Shown here: positions 19,075 to 30,222 of the stretch, piece after piece | Numbering within the stretch: the stretch's first letter is position 1 | How the letters are laid out: each line of letters begins with the position of its first letter | Assembly: GCA_049472355.1 (NCBI GenBank) | Contig: JBLIRP010000001.1 | Span: 26,993 to 90,992 of the forward strand | Source of the DNA: a bacterium | GTDB lineage: Bacteria; SZUA-182; DTGQ01; JAFGSM01 | DNA length: 64,000 nucleotides | Reading direction: 5' to 3' | Notes under the pieces: model-generated | Seen by the model: the letters and a program-made list of their open reading frames with translations, nothing else | The model's database searches: none | What the model was told of the DNA's origin: nothing | Made by a program: the position numbers and the translations under genes

Positions 19075-20169
19075 ATGTATGGGATGGATTCCATGGATAT
19101 TCTATTGAGAGACAATATACAAGACTTGTCGCCCTACCCGATAGAGGATCATGCATACAGGATCAAGCTTGATGCCAATGAAAATCCCTGTTCCATAGAC
19201 TGGGCAGCGTGGCCGGGTGTTATGGAAGGGTTGCGTGACATTGCACTGAACCGGTATCCGGATCCCCATGCCAGGGCATTGAGGGATGCCATATCCGGGT
19301 ATGTGAACTGGCCGGCATCGGGGATGATCCTTGGAAACGGATCGGATGAATTGATCCAGTATATACTCATGGCATACGGAGGACCCGAACGTCCGGTGTA
19401 TGTACCCCATCCCAGCTTCTCCATGTACCGGATCATCGCCGTTTCCATGGGGCAGAAATTTCTTCCCATCCCTCTTGGCGAGGGCTTCGAGCTCTGCGTC
19501 CATGACGCCCTGCTCAAGGAACTCGCCGCTCCCCCCCAGAAACTGGTGTTCATTGCAACCCCCAACAATCCCACGGGGAATGCCTTCAAGCGGGAGGATG
19601 TTCTTGCCATCGTGAAGGCCACCCGGGGGATTGTGTGCATTGACGAGGCATATCTGGATTTTTGCGACGATGAGGGATTCCTCGGCGTACTCCCTCAATT
19701 CGAACAGGTGATCATCCTGCGCACCCTCTCCAAGATAGGGCTGGCAGGTTTGAGGGTGGGCATCCTCCTGGCAAACAAGTCTGTAATTGCAGCCATTTCC
19801 AAGGTCCGGCTTCCCTTCAATCTGAATGTGGTCTCGCAATTCCTCGCCCGTGAGGTGCTTATGCGTCAGGACCTGCTTTGTGACATGATTGATAACATAA
19901 GGGAAAACCGGGAGCGGCTCTATCATGAGATGGTCAAGATACCCGGTTTACGGGTATTTCCAAGCCAGGCAAACTTCATTCTTTTTACGTGTGAAGGGGA
20001 TGTGGCGTCTATGTTCCACGGTCTGCTTGCAGAGGGCATCCTGATCAGGATGTTTCCTCCCGAGGGGCCATGGCCGGGATTTCTGAGGGTTACGGTGGGA
20101 ACGAGGCATGAATGTGAGATATTCATAGAGGCACTGAGACGGATCATGGCACAAGGGGGAAGAGAATAA
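19075..20169 (+). CDS. hisC: histidinol-phosphate aminotransferase
   Basis: Class II aminotransferase with a PLP lysine region (LRTLSKIGLAGLRVG). It heads a hisCBHAF cluster. The track ORF begins at 18988; the likely start is MYGMDS. Confidence 0.85.
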   Translation: MYGMDSMDILLRDNIQDLSPYPIEDHAYRIKLDANENPCSIDWAAWPGVMEGLRDIALNRYPDPHARALRDAISGYVNWPASGMILGNGSDELIQYILMAYGGPERPVYVPHPSFSMYRIIAVSMGQKFLPIPLGEGFELCVHDALLKELAAPPQKLVFIATPNNPTGNAFKREDVLAIVKATRGIVCIDEAYLDFCDDEGFLGVLPQFEQVIILRTLSKIGLAGLRVGILLANKSVIAAISKVRLPFNLNVVSQFLAREVLMRQDLLCDMIDNIRENRERLYHEMVKIPGLRVFPSQANFILFTCEGDVASMFHGLLAEGILIRMFPPEGPWPGFLRVTVGTRHECEIFIEALRRIMAQGGRE

Positions 20170-20759
20170 TGGCAAGAACGGCGAGCTGTTCGAGAAAAAC
20201 CGGGGAGACGGATATACGCCTTCATCTGAACCTGGATGGGAAGGGCACCTATTCAATCGAAACAGGCATCCCCTTTTTCGATCATATGCTCTCGCTTCTT
20301 GCCAAGCAGAGCTTCTTTGACATTGAACTGACGGCAACAGGGGACATCGAGGTTGATTTTCATCACACGGTCGAGGACGTGGGCATCATGCTCGGGCAGG
20401 GGCTCAGGGAGGCGCTGGGCAACAAGGAGGGAATCAGGCGATACGGCACAGCAACGATTCCCATGGATGAAACCCTGGCAAGCGCAGCGATCGATATCTG
20501 CTCACGCGCGCTGCTTGTATTCAATGTCCCCTCTCAGGAGTGCTGTCATGGAGGGGGATTCGATCTTTCCCTCACCGAGGAATTCTTCAGGGCATTTGCC
20601 ACGAACGCCCTTGTTACGCTTCATATAAACCTCCACTACGGCAAGAACCTCCACCATATCATCGAGGCGATATTCAAGGCAGTGGGCAGGGCGCTTTCAC
20701 AGGCATGCAGCATCGATCCGAACATCGAAGGCGTTCTTTCCACCAAGGGGAGGCTGTAG
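20169..20759 (+). CDS. hisB: imidazoleglycerol-phosphate dehydratase
   Basis: 196 aa with the IGPD family motifs HHTVEDVGIMLGQ and HHIIEAIFKAVGRAL. Confidence 0.9.
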   Translation: MARTASCSRKTGETDIRLHLNLDGKGTYSIETGIPFFDHMLSLLAKQSFFDIELTATGDIEVDFHHTVEDVGIMLGQGLREALGNKEGIRRYGTATIPMDETLASAAIDICSRALLVFNVPSQECCHGGGFDLSLTEEFFRAFATNALVTLHINLHYGKNLHHIIEAIFKAVGRALSQACSIDPNIEGVLSTKGRL

Positions 20760-20822
20760 ACCACCCCCACAATACGATTGAATCCGCAAACCATTGAACG
20801 GAACGTCTTACGTGACAGGGGT

Positions 20823-21443
20823 ATGCACATGCTGGCGTTGCTCGATTTCGGCCTGGGGAATCTGAAAAGCATCCAGAACGGGTTTCGATACCTCGGCCAT
20901 GAGGCGGTGATTACCCGTGATTCGGGCATGATCAGGGATGCAAACGGCCTCATCATCCCGGGGGTCGGTGCATTCAAGGACGGCATGGACCGTCTTCGCC
21001 GGCATCGCCTTGTTCCGGTTATCGAAGAGGCACTGTCTCAGGCCAAACCCATCCTCGGGATCTGCCTCGGCCTGCAGCTCCTGTTTTCTGAAAGCGAGGA
21101 ATTCGGCCGCCACAGGGGTCTCGGGATGATGGAAGGCAGGGTGAATGCCTTCACCGGGGGCTTGAAGATACCCCACATGGGATGGAACACGGTGCATATC
21201 ACCCGCCGGATCCCGCTCCTTGAGGGTGTCGGGGAAGGGGAATATTTCTATTTTGTCCATTCCTTCTTTGCGGTTCCGGAGGAGGAGGGTATTGTGGCGG
21301 GTGAAACGGGATACGGGATCACCTTTCCCTCCGTGGTGCAGAAGGGTACGCTGATGGCAACCCAGTTTCATCCTGAGAAGAGCTCGCACGCCGGGCTCAG
21401 GATTCTTGACAATTTCGCACGAATGGCTGCAAGGAGGGCCTAA
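20823..21443 (+). CDS. hisH: imidazole glycerol phosphate synthase, glutamine amidotransferase subunit
   Basis: Class I GATase catalytic Cys (GICLGLQLL) and the HVxSFF / FHPEKS motifs. Confidence 0.85.
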   Translation: MHMLALLDFGLGNLKSIQNGFRYLGHEAVITRDSGMIRDANGLIIPGVGAFKDGMDRLRRHRLVPVIEEALSQAKPILGICLGLQLLFSESEEFGRHRGLGMMEGRVNAFTGGLKIPHMGWNTVHITRRIPLLEGVGEGEYFYFVHSFFAVPEEEGIVAGETGYGITFPSVVQKGTLMATQFHPEKSSHAGLRILDNFARMAARRA

Positions 21444-22172
21444 ATGCTCATAATTCCGGCAATCGATCTGATACAGGGGGAATGTGTAAGGCTCTACCAG
21501 GGAAAGGAGGAAAACAAGACGGTGTTTTCCAAAAGCCCCCTCGATGTGGCGCTCAAGTGGCAGTCCCAGGGGGCAAAACTCCTGCACGTGGTGGACCTTG
21601 ATGGGGCATTCAAGGGGAATCCCCAGAATCTCCTGACCATTCTCCATCTGGCAAAGAGGATGACGATACCCATCGAACTGGGAGGCGGATTAAGGAGTCC
21701 CGACATTATCACCCGGATGTTCGAAGGCGGGGTAAACCGTGTGGTACTCGGCACCATAGCCTATACCCAACCCGACCTGGTGAGGGATCTCTGCGAGAAA
21801 TATCCCGGACGTATCCTCATCGGGGTGGATGCCTCGAATGGGATGCTGGCGATCAAGGGATGGAAGGACATAACCCGTATCAGGGCGGATAAATTTTGCA
21901 GCCAATGGGTCGGGACCGGGGTGCGAGGGATCATATACACGGACATACAAAAGGATGGGACATTGAAGGGCCCGAACGTACAAATGATCGCGAGGCTCCT
22001 TGATGAAATCACTCTCCCGGTTATTGCCGCAGGCGGGATCTCGAGCATGCAGGACCTCGAGGAATTGGTTTCCCTGAAGGAAAAGGGACTGGAAGGGATA
22101 ATCATCGGGCACGCCCTGTATACCGGCGCCGTCCAACTGGATACAGCCATCGCCAGATGGCAGGATGAGTAA
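21444..22172 (+). CDS. hisA: ProFAR isomerase
   Basis: IIPAIDL...GxCVRL start and (beta/alpha)8 HisA motifs. 242 aa. Confidence 0.9.
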   Translation: MLIIPAIDLIQGECVRLYQGKEENKTVFSKSPLDVALKWQSQGAKLLHVVDLDGAFKGNPQNLLTILHLAKRMTIPIELGGGLRSPDIITRMFEGGVNRVVLGTIAYTQPDLVRDLCEKYPGRILIGVDASNGMLAIKGWKDITRIRADKFCSQWVGTGVRGIIYTDIQKDGTLKGPNVQMIARLLDEITLPVIAAGGISSMQDLEELVSLKEKGLEGIIIGHALYTGAVQLDTAIARWQDE

Positions 22173-22183
22173 GGATGTAAGGT

Positions 22184-22954
22184 ATGCTGGCGAAGCGAAT
22201 CATTCCCTGCCTTGACATGAAGGAGGGGAGGGTGGTAAAGGGCATCCGCTTCGTGGATCTCCAGGATGCCGGCGATCCGGTGGAGGTGGCGGAGGCCTAT
22301 AACCGCGAAGGCGCGGATGAGGTGACCTTTCTCGATATCACCGCATCATACGAAAAGAGGGACATACTGATTCACGTGGTGGAAGAGACCGCAGAGAGGC
22401 TCTTCATCCCCTTTACCGTGGGGGGAGGATTACGGGACCTCGATGACATCCGCGACATACTCAAGGCAGGTGCGGATAAGATCAGTATCAATACAGCGGC
22501 GGTTCAGGACCCTGACCTGATTACCAAGGGCGCTCGGTCCTTTGGGAGCCAGTGTATCGTGGTGGCCATTGATGCCAAGCGGAAAACGGATACCCCGGAT
22601 CTTCAATGGGAGGTTTACATCCACGGGGGTAGGACGCCGACCGGGCTGGATGCTGTTTCATGGGCGAAGAGGGCGGAGGAACTCGGAGCGGGGGAAATAC
22701 TCCTCACCAGCATGGACTGTGACGGAACCAAGAGGGGATATGACCTTGAACTGACCCGGACGGTGTCCGAGGCGGTCCGGATTCCGGTCATAGCCTCGGG
22801 CGGAGCGGGCAACCTGGGTCATCTCTATCACGCCCTCAATGAAGGGAAGGCGGATGCGGTTCTTGCCGCATCGATCTTCCACTATAAAACCTATACGATT
22901 GCGCAGGCAAAGCAGTATCTCAAGGAGAGGGGCATTCCGGTGAGGCTTCCCTGA
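22184..22954 (+). CDS. hisF: imidazole glycerol phosphate synthase, cyclase subunit
   Basis: [17 protein letters not shown] start. 256 aa. Confidence 0.9.
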   Translation: MLAKRIIPCLDMKEGRVVKGIRFVDLQDAGDPVEVAEAYNREGADEVTFLDITASYEKRDILIHVVEETAERLFIPFTVGGGLRDLDDIRDILKAGADKISINTAAVQDPDLITKGARSFGSQCIVVAIDAKRKTDTPDLQWEVYIHGGRTPTGLDAVSWAKRAEELGAGEILLTSMDCDGTKRGYDLELTRTVSEAVRIPVIASGGAGNLGHLYHALNEGKADAVLAASIFHYKTYTIAQAKQYLKERGIPVRLP

Positions 22955-24257
22955 TCCCTTCCAGATCGTAGACATCCGCCCGGGTGATGGTGATTTTACA
23001 GATTTCACCCGCGGAAAGCCCTTCCCCTTGTATGAAGGTTACGCCGTCGATGTCGGGGGCCTGCCCCTTGGTGCGTCCGACCATGACACCATGACGGTCG
23101 GGATGAGGGTAATCGCAGATGGCCGTGAAGGCCCTGCCGATGAGCGCACGGTTCTTTTCCTCGGCGATACCCGCCTGCACCCTCATGATTTCATGGTATC
23201 GCGCCCTTTTGATCCTTCGCGGGACCTGGTTTGGAAGACGGGCCGCAGGCGTGCCCTTTTCCCTGGAATAGGAAAATACCCCCAGGCGGTCGAAGCGTAT
23301 CCTCCGTACGAAGCGAAGCATATGATCGAATTCCTCGTCCGTCTCACCGGGAAACCCTACCATGAGGGTGGTGCGGATGACCATATCGGTAATGGCGGAC
23401 CGGGCATGGTCAATGAATTCTTCCACCCTTCCGATATCCGTTGGCCTGTTCATTGCCGACAGGACCCGGGGATGACTGTGCTGCAAGGGAATGTCCAGAT
23501 AGGGAAGGATTGAGGGGTATTCAGCCATCACCCTGATCAGGTCGCTCGACAGGGAAAACGGATAGGCATACAAAAGCCTTATCCAGGGCGCTTCATTTAT
23601 TGATGCAAGCCTTTCCAGGAGGGTGGGGAGTCCCTTAAAGGCGGTGGTATCCTGTCCTATCAGACAGACCTCCTTCACCCCTTCATCGACAAGTGCCTCC
23701 ACCTCGGTCACCACCGATTTTGCGTTTCTTTGGCGGTATCTGCCCCTCAGCCTTGGGATGAGACAGTAGGAGCAGCAATGATCGCATCCCTCGGAGATTT
23801 TGACGTATGCAAGGTGGCCACGGGTGGAACGCAGCCGCGGGCACGTGTGGTCGTAAAGAAAGGAGGGGGGAGCAATGAAATGAAGATGTTCGCAAGGGCT
23901 CAATGCGATAAGGGCTTCAATCACCGGGACGATCCGCATGAATTCACCGGATCCGAGAATAGCGTCGATCTCGGGTATCTCCCTGAAGAGCTCAATGCCG
24001 TATTCCTGTGCCAGGCAGCCGGTAACGATGAGGTTCCGGCACCTTCCCCTCTCCTTCAGGTGACACATCTCAAGGATCGTCTCGATCGACTCCCGCTTTG
24101 CCTCTTCGATAAAGCTACAGGTATTGACGACGATGATGTCGGCCTCTTCGGCATTCGGGGTAATGGAGTATCCCTGTCGAGTCAGAAGTCCCAGCATGAC
24201 CTCGGTGTCCACAAGATTCTTGGTGCATCCGAGGCTGATCATCCCGATGCTGGGCAT
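22920..24257 (-). CDS. rimO: ribosomal protein S12 methylthiotransferase (radical SAM MTTase, RimO-type)
   Basis: MTTase N-terminal domain ([11 protein letters not shown]), radical SAM CxxxCxxC (CDHCCSYC), and a C-terminal TRAM domain. Likely start MISLGC. The 3' end overlaps hisF convergently by about 35 nt. Confidence 0.75.
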   Translation of the reverse strand: MPSIGMISLGCTKNLVDTEVMLGLLTRQGYSITPNAEEADIIVVNTCSFIEEAKRESIETILEMCHLKERGRCRNLIVTGCLAQEYGIELFREIPEIDAILGSGEFMRIVPVIEALIALSPCEHLHFIAPPSFLYDHTCPRLRSTRGHLAYVKISEGCDHCCSYCLIPRLRGRYRQRNAKSVVTEVEALVDEGVKEVCLIGQDTTAFKGLPTLLERLASINEAPWIRLLYAYPFSLSSDLIRVMAEYPSILPYLDIPLQHSHPRVLSAMNRPTDIGRVEEFIDHARSAITDMVIRTTLMVGFPGETDEEFDHMLRFVRRIRFDRLGVFSYSREKGTPAARLPNQVPRRIKRARYHEIMRVQAGIAEEKNRALIGRAFTAICDYPHPDRHGVMVGRTKGQAPDIDGVTFIQGEGLSAGEICKITITRADVYDLEGIREASPECPSP

Positions 24258-24535
24258 ATTTTTTACGTTTTTGCATATCATGGTCGTTTGCGGTCTTGAG
24301 CGGTTACCCTGTTTCCCTTGTTGAGAGGCCGGCATCAACGAAACCGGCGAGGGTTGTGTACGCGAGATTGTTTCCTTGATGCAATTTCTTTTTGCTCTTC
24401 ATGCAATGTCTTGACCGGCAGCGCATGCGGGAAATATAATATATTTATAGGCTGCACGCATGGTGATCAATCGAGGCGCATGCAACCTTCGGGAATGAAA
24501 ACGGCCCGGATATGGAATAGGGAGTATTGTTTGTT

Positions 24536-24772
24536 ATGCCCATATATGAATATATATGCCGTTCGTGTAAAAAGGGTTTTGAAAAGTTGATCCTCAAGGA
24601 AAGCCAGTCGATATTGTGCCCGTATTGCCAATCAGAGGATCTGGAGAGGGTTTTATCCTTGTGCGGTGTCAAGGATGGCACAAAAAAAGGCCTTTCCGAT
24701 CAAAGTGGAGCACCATCCTCCTCTTCCTCGTGTGCCTCCTGCATCAGCCGAAATTGTAGTCACTGCCGTTAA
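24536..24772 (+). CDS. FmdB-family zinc-ribbon protein
   Basis: MPIYEYxCxxC...CPxCxS pattern (YEYICRSCKKGFE...ILCPYCQSEDLERV). Confidence 0.5.
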   Translation: MPIYEYICRSCKKGFEKLILKESQSILCPYCQSEDLERVLSLCGVKDGTKKGLSDQSGAPSSSSSCASCISRNCSHCR

Positions 24773-24782
24773 CCATATCCTT

Positions 24783-25151
24783 TCAGGTAAATTTTTTCTC
24801 TTCCTCCTCCTGTTTTGTCTTGCACTCTATGCACAGGGTTACGACCGGTCGGGCCTTGAGTCTCTTGAGCCCGATGTCTTTGCCGCATTCTTCGCAGATC
24901 CCGAAGGAGCCATCCTCGATCCTTTGAAGGGCGTCATCAATCTTTGCGAGCAGCTTGCGCTCCCGGTCCCTGAGCCGCAACAGGAAATTTCTGTCCGATT
25001 CAAATGACGACTGATCGGCAAAATCAGGAAGGTCATCCGGGCTTTGCTGCAGGCCATTTCCCAAAGTCTTATCACCTTCCGAAAGGATCCTGGACCTCTC
25101 TTTGAGAAGTACGCGCTTGATTTCTGCCAAATCTTCCTTCGTTATGCTCAT
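24783..25151 (-). CDS. DksA/TraR family C4-type zinc finger protein
   Basis: Coiled-coil N-terminus and C-terminal CEECGKDIGLKRLKARPVVTLCIEC C4 finger. 122 aa. Confidence 0.7.
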   Translation of the reverse strand: MSITKEDLAEIKRVLLKERSRILSEGDKTLGNGLQQSPDDLPDFADQSSFESDRNFLLRLRDRERKLLAKIDDALQRIEDGSFGICEECGKDIGLKRLKARPVVTLCIECKTKQEEEEKKFT

Positions 25152-25180
25152 AGAAATTCTACCTCCGTTAACGATCAGAT

Positions 25181-26518
25181 TTAATGAATAATTTTGTTGA
25201 CGAAATGAGTATTGATTATCCCATGCCAGAAATCAGGATGATTCAGCACCTCTCGATGGAAAGGAGTGGTGGTGTCAATACCCTCGCACACGAATTCCTG
25301 CAGGGCCCGTCGCATCCTCATGATGGCTTCCTGTCTGTCTCGGCCGTGCGTTATGATCTTTGCAATCAGGGAGTCATAGCAGGAGGGAATACGACATTCG
25401 GTATAGATGGCGGAATCTATTCGTACTCCAGGGCCCCCGGGGAAATGTATGCCGCTGATTTTTCCCGGACATGGCGCAAAGGTCTTGGGATTCTCGGCAT
25501 TTATCCTACATTCTATCGCATGTCCTGAGATGTTGATATCGGATTGTTTCCAGGGAAGGCGTTCACCTGCAGCGATCCGTATCTGCTGCTTGACCAGATC
25601 GATACCGGTTACCATTTCAGTGACGGGATGCTCAACCTGTATCCGGGTATTCATTTCCATAAAATAGAAATTTTGCCCTTCATCAAGCAGGAACTCCACG
25701 GTCCCCACGCTCGAATAGTTTATTGCCTGGGCTGCTTTAACCGCCGTTTCACCCATTTGGGTCCTGAGCTCCGGACTCATGCCCGGTGAAGGGGATTCCT
25801 CTATCAACTTCTGATAGCGGCGTTGAATCGAACAATCCCTGTCCCCGAGGTGTAAGATGGTGCCGTACGCATCCCCGATGATCTGAAATTCCACATGCCT
25901 TGGATTTTCAATAAATTTCTCCACGTACAGGCAGGGATTGTCGAAGGAGCTTATTGCCTCGGACTGTGCCGCCATAAAGGCATTCAAAAAACTCGCATCC
26001 GTATGGACGATCCTCATCCCCTTTCCCCCCCCTCCGCCTGCGGCCTTGATCATGACGGGAAAGCCTATTGTATGAGCCATTTCCAGGGCTTCATGGTCAT
26101 TTTCCACCCCGCCCTCGGTGCCCGGCACACACGGCACGCCGGACCGTTCCATGGTCTGGCGGGCGGCCACCTTATCACCCATTGCCCTGATGATCTCGGC
26201 CCCCGGGCCGATGAATTTGATGTTGCACGTTTCGCAGATCTCGGCAAAACGGCTGTTTTCAGCGAGAAATCCATACCCCGGATGTATCGCCTCTGCATCG
26301 GTGATCTCAGCGGCACTGATGATTGCAGGGATGTTGAGGTAGCTTTTGGACGGTTCACGGGGACCCACGCACACCGCTTCATCCGCCATCTGGACGTGGA
26401 GGCTGTCCGCGTCTTCCTCCGAATAAATCGCCACGGTCTTTATCCCCATTTCCATGCATGAGCGGATGACGCGCACCGCTATCTCTCCCCTGTTGGCAAC
26501 CAATATTTTGTTAAACAT
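25181..26518 (-). CDS. accC: acetyl-CoA carboxylase biotin carboxylase subunit
   Basis: MFNKILVANRGEIAVRVIR start and ATP-grasp motifs. About 445 aa. Confidence 0.9.
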   Translation of the reverse strand: MFNKILVANRGEIAVRVIRSCMEMGIKTVAIYSEEDADSLHVQMADEAVCVGPREPSKSYLNIPAIISAAEITDAEAIHPGYGFLAENSRFAEICETCNIKFIGPGAEIIRAMGDKVAARQTMERSGVPCVPGTEGGVENDHEALEMAHTIGFPVMIKAAGGGGGKGMRIVHTDASFLNAFMAAQSEAISSFDNPCLYVEKFIENPRHVEFQIIGDAYGTILHLGDRDCSIQRRYQKLIEESPSPGMSPELRTQMGETAVKAAQAINYSSVGTVEFLLDEGQNFYFMEMNTRIQVEHPVTEMVTGIDLVKQQIRIAAGERLPWKQSDINISGHAIECRINAENPKTFAPCPGKISGIHFPGGPGVRIDSAIYTECRIPSCYDSLIAKIITHGRDRQEAIMRMRRALQEFVCEGIDTTTPFHREVLNHPDFWHGIINTHFVNKIIH

Positions 26519-26594
26519 ACCCTTTCCGTATACTGTCAATGCCCTTTGGCGGGCAATCACGGCCTTGATCCCATGGTGCACGACACAAGACTGC

Positions 26595-27086
26595 TTACTG
26601 AAATCCCTCGGTTTCGATGATAAAGAGAGGCTCTCCGTACTCCACAGGCTGGGCGTTTTCTACGAGAATGGCGGCTACCCTTCCCGCGCGATCACATTCC
26701 ACTTCATTCATCAACTTCATTGCCTCGATGATACACATAACCTGACCAGGCTTTATGACATCACCCACATTGACAAAGACGGACGCACTCGGAGACGGCG
26801 CCCGGTAAAAGGTCCCCACCAACGGGGATCGAATGATTGCCCTGCCTTCGGCCAGTTCGAGTTCGGTCTCCTGCGTTTGAGTGCCTTGAGGCACGGGCAG
26901 ACTCTTGGGATAATCGGGCTGAATGGATTGTATCCCGCTGAAAAACCTCTGATCCGGAGTCTCAGGGGCGGTTTTCTTCACCCGAATCTTGAAATCCGCC
27001 TCTTCCCATTCAATCTCATTGAAATTTGACTCCTCAAGGAGTTTAAGGATCTTTTTTATCTTTTTGAGATCGGTATCCATAGACAT
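26595..27086 (-). CDS. accB: acetyl-CoA carboxylase biotin carboxyl carrier protein
   Basis: Biotinyl-lysine motif EAMKLMNEVE near the C-terminus, with a Pro/Ala-rich linker. Confidence 0.85.
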   Translation of the reverse strand: MSMDTDLKKIKKILKLLEESNFNEIEWEEADFKIRVKKTAPETPDQRFFSGIQSIQPDYPKSLPVPQGTQTQETELELAEGRAIIRSPLVGTFYRAPSPSASVFVNVGDVIKPGQVMCIIEAMKLMNEVECDRAGRVAAILVENAQPVEYGEPLFIIETEGFQ

Positions 27087-27152
27087 CTCTTTTTCCTGTT
27101 TAGAATCCCCGCTAAGTCCGTGCCTGCTTCGGCACATGTCATTATATGCATA

Positions 27153-28235
27153 CTATAGCACCTCCAAGCTGTCCCATTGTATCGCAGTCAGGGATTCACA
27201 GCCTCCCTCCGTCACCACGACCATATCCTCCCACCGGATACCGAATGCATGTTCGAGGTATATTCCCGGCTCAATGGTGAAAATCATCCCCTCCCTCACG
27301 ATGGTGTCCGATTTCGCGCTGATCCTCGGTTCTTCATGGATCATGAGCCCTACACCGTGTCCGGTGCCATGACCGAAATACGCCTCGAACCCTGCATCCC
27401 TGATGACCTCGCGTGCAGCGCCGTCGATATCCCTCGCACAGGCGCCGGGAGATACCCGGTTCATGGCCGCCCTTTGTGCCTCCCGCACAACCGCATACAC
27501 ATCCTGCATTTTCCCCTTCCCGGGACGATTCATGGCCATAACGCGGGTCATGTCCGAATGGTATCCCTGAAATACGGCCCCGCAGTCCACCAGAATGGAG
27601 CCGGCCTGCCCGATCACGCGATTGGTTGGAGAGGAGTGGGGAAAGGCGGATCGCTCGTCGGTCGCTATGATGATTTCAAATGCCGAACGCTGTGCCCCTG
27701 CCTTTTTCATAAGATAATCCATTTCAACGGCAAGGTCCATCTCCGTGATGCCGCTCGTATTTCCGATAATCCCGGGGACCTTATCCATAACGTCGCCCAG
27801 TATCCTGGCGCTTGTCCGGATCAACTCCTGCTCGTCCTTGTCCTTGATGATTCTCAATTGCTCCACACAATCCACGCAGGGTGCGAGGGTAACGGACGAG
27901 AACGCGTCGGTCCATTGCCGGTGCGTGTCAACGGTAATATGCCTCGATTCAAAGCCGATACGCCGCAATCCATGCTGTGCAAGCCACTGAGCGATGTCCT
28001 TTATCAGTTCCCGGCATTCCATTGTTTCAACGTGGCAATCCTTCTCCTTCACCGCATTGATATATCTGAAATCGGTGAACAACACACCCCCACCCGAATA
28101 GGTACAGTAGATCCCTTCGACACCTTCCATGCCGGTCAGATAGGTAATATTCTCCGGACAGGTCACCAGTATTCCATCGATATCCATATCGGACAATCGT
28201 GATTGCAGTGTAGTATTCCTTTCCTGATAACGCAC
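27153..28235 (-). CDS. pepP: M24 family Xaa-Pro aminopeptidase/dipeptidase
   Basis: Creatinase N-terminal domain plus the M24 pita-bread metal-ligand motifs (DCGAVFQGYHSD, HGTGHGVG, EPGIY). Confidence 0.8.
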   Translation of the reverse strand: MRYQERNTTLQSRLSDMDIDGILVTCPENITYLTGMEGVEGIYCTYSGGGVLFTDFRYINAVKEKDCHVETMECRELIKDIAQWLAQHGLRRIGFESRHITVDTHRQWTDAFSSVTLAPCVDCVEQLRIIKDKDEQELIRTSARILGDVMDKVPGIIGNTSGITEMDLAVEMDYLMKKAGAQRSAFEIIIATDERSAFPHSSPTNRVIGQAGSILVDCGAVFQGYHSDMTRVMAMNRPGKGKMQDVYAVVREAQRAAMNRVSPGACARDIDGAAREVIRDAGFEAYFGHGTGHGVGLMIHEEPRISAKSDTIVREGMIFTIEPGIYLEHAFGIRWEDMVVVTEGGCESLTAIQWDSLEVL

Positions 28236-28270
28236 CTAATTATTCCGCAATCGTTCGCCGTTGTCGCTCA

Positions 28271-28648
28271 CTATGAATCGGGCCTCTTGTGGACGTCCAG
28301 CTTGGATTTTTTCATATTCTGACAGTTACGGAGCCATTGTTCCAATGTTGCCAGGATCTTTTGTCTCTTGTTGTTGTCGCCCCCCATTCCGGAATGGCTC
28401 TCCTGAGCAGGCGACGGCTGCATGGCACCGGGCTGTACCGTATCCACCATCGTCTGGATCTGCTTGAGCCTCAAATTCCATTCCTGGCGATCGGGATGCT
28501 GCGTCAGGAGCTTCGTATATATCTCGATCGACCTCTCGAGGAACCCCTGGGAAAAATAGAGTTCAGCGAGGGTCGCCGTTATGATCTCTTCCTCTCCGTC
28601 ATCGGTTGACGATGATCTTGCGGAGGGATTCTGCATTTCTTCACTCAT
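28271..28648 (-). CDS. hypothetical protein (TPR-like helical)
   Basis: An ORF with coding-like composition located upstream of the pepP-accBC block. No diagnostic motif was found. Confidence 0.35.
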   Translation of the reverse strand: MSEEMQNPSARSSSTDDGEEEIITATLAELYFSQGFLERSIEIYTKLLTQHPDRQEWNLRLKQIQTMVDTVQPGAMQPSPAQESHSGMGGDNNKRQKILATLEQWLRNCQNMKKSKLDVHKRPDS

Positions 28649-29136
28649 TGCATGTGCCCTGATTAATGGTGACGATTGTTCCTTGGGAATTCACCCGCAG
28701 GGACATATCAAATCTCATCATAGGCATCGAGAGCGTGCTCATATACATGTAATCGGCATAATTCGAACTTTTTGTAGATAATCATGACGGGTTTCGTCAT
28801 AAATATAACGAAAAATGGTAGCATTCTATGAACTATGTGTCAAGATGGATAACATGTTAATTATATTGTCAGAAAAAGCCCTTCCGGCAATGGCGGTCCT
28901 CCTTCAGGGACCTTGGAGGACGAAATTCCATGCCGGAACCGGATTAAATATTTAGTTTATAATAAAAAAATAATAAATAATAAAAATAAATTAATTTAGT
29001 ATACCAGATGCCTCAAACACTGTCAATTAATAACATTAATAACAATTTCATTAATAACAATTTCCGGCAAGGGAGGTCGCATATGCATATGCCCCCGGAC
29101 AATGCCCCCAAACTTCATTGACAGGCAGCGAGGGTA

Positions 29137-30222
29137 TTGCATATACTACATCAAAACACCCTTCATCCCTGGACGAGGAATCGACGAGTGAGTATTCGTG
29201 AGGAGCTTGAACGAATCGAGGAGGCAACGCTCTCTCCCAAGGCATGCTTGAGCATCAATACACGGGGACGTCAAACCCCGGAGGAGCCGTGTCCCATTCG
29301 TCCGGCATTTCAGAGGGACAGGGACCGAATCATCCACTCCAAGTCCTTCCGTCGCCTCAAGCACAAAACCCAGGTGTTTCTGAGCCCCTTCGGTGATCAT
29401 TACCGGACCAGGCTCACCCATACCCTGGAGGTCTCGCAGATTGCCCGTACCATAGCCAAGGCCCTCAAACTGAACGAGACCCTGACCGAGGCCATCGCCA
29501 TGGGCCATGATCTCGGACATACCCCTTTTGGGCACGCCGGGGAGGAGGTGCTCAATACAATCCATCCGGGTGGATTCAAGCACAATGAACAGAGCCTGAG
29601 GGTGGTGGAGAAACTGGAGAAGGAGGGAAAGGGATTGAACCTGACCGCGGAGGTGCGGGACGGCATCCTCCACCACTCCAAGGGGAGAGGGGATATTCTC
29701 CCCGATAAAGGGGACAGGGCGCTGACCATGGAGGGGGAGATTGTCCGACTTGCCGATATCATGGCATACGTGAATCACGACATCGATGATGCGCTCAGGG
29801 CCGGAATTATCAAGCAGGAGGACCTTCCTCCGGAGGGCACACGCATCCTTGGCCACAGTGTTGCGGAAAGGATCGATACCCTCGTGAAGGATGTCATTTA
29901 CTCCACCTTGAGGTGCGACGTGGCGATAATCACCATGAGCGATGAAGTGCTCACGGCCACCGACCTCCTCCGCAGGTTCCTGTACAACAATGTATACTAT
30001 AATCCGGTTACCAGGGCGGAGTTTGAGAAGGCCTCCAAGATCATTCAAGAGCTCTATGCATACTATCTTATCCATTCGGAGCAGATTATCTCCCAGGGGC
30101 CACAAGAAGAGGGGGAATGTACCGATAGACTCGTATGTGACTTTATCGCAGGAATGACCGACCGGTATGCCCTCATGACCTATGAAAAAGTCTTTCTTCC
30201 CCAGCCCTGGATGGTCCTGTGA
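29137..30222 (+). CDS. dGTPase-like HD-domain phosphohydrolase
   Basis: HD motif ([13 protein letters not shown] ... [14 protein letters not shown]), typical of the dGTP triphosphohydrolase-like family. An alternative GTG start exists at 29188. Confidence 0.75.
   Translation: MHILHQNTLHPWTRNRRVSIREELERIEEATLSPKACLSINTRGRQTPEEPCPIRPAFQRDRDRIIHSKSFRRLKHKTQVFLSPFGDHYRTRLTHTLEVSQIARTIAKALKLNETLTEAIAMGHDLGHTPFGHAGEEVLNTIHPGGFKHNEQSLRVVEKLEKEGKGLNLTAEVRDGILHHSKGRGDILPDKGDRALTMEGEIVRLADIMAYVNHDIDDALRAGIIKQEDLPPEGTRILGHSVAERIDTLVKDVIYSTLRCDVAIITMSDEVLTATDLLRRFLYNNVYYNPVTRAEFEKASKIIQELYAYYLIHSEQIISQGPQEEGECTDRLVCDFIAGMTDRYALMTYEKVFLPQPWMVL

Noticed and set aside
27177-28202. 341-aa plus-strand ORF opposite pepP
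   Set aside because: It is antisense to a gene with intact M24 metal-ligand motifs.
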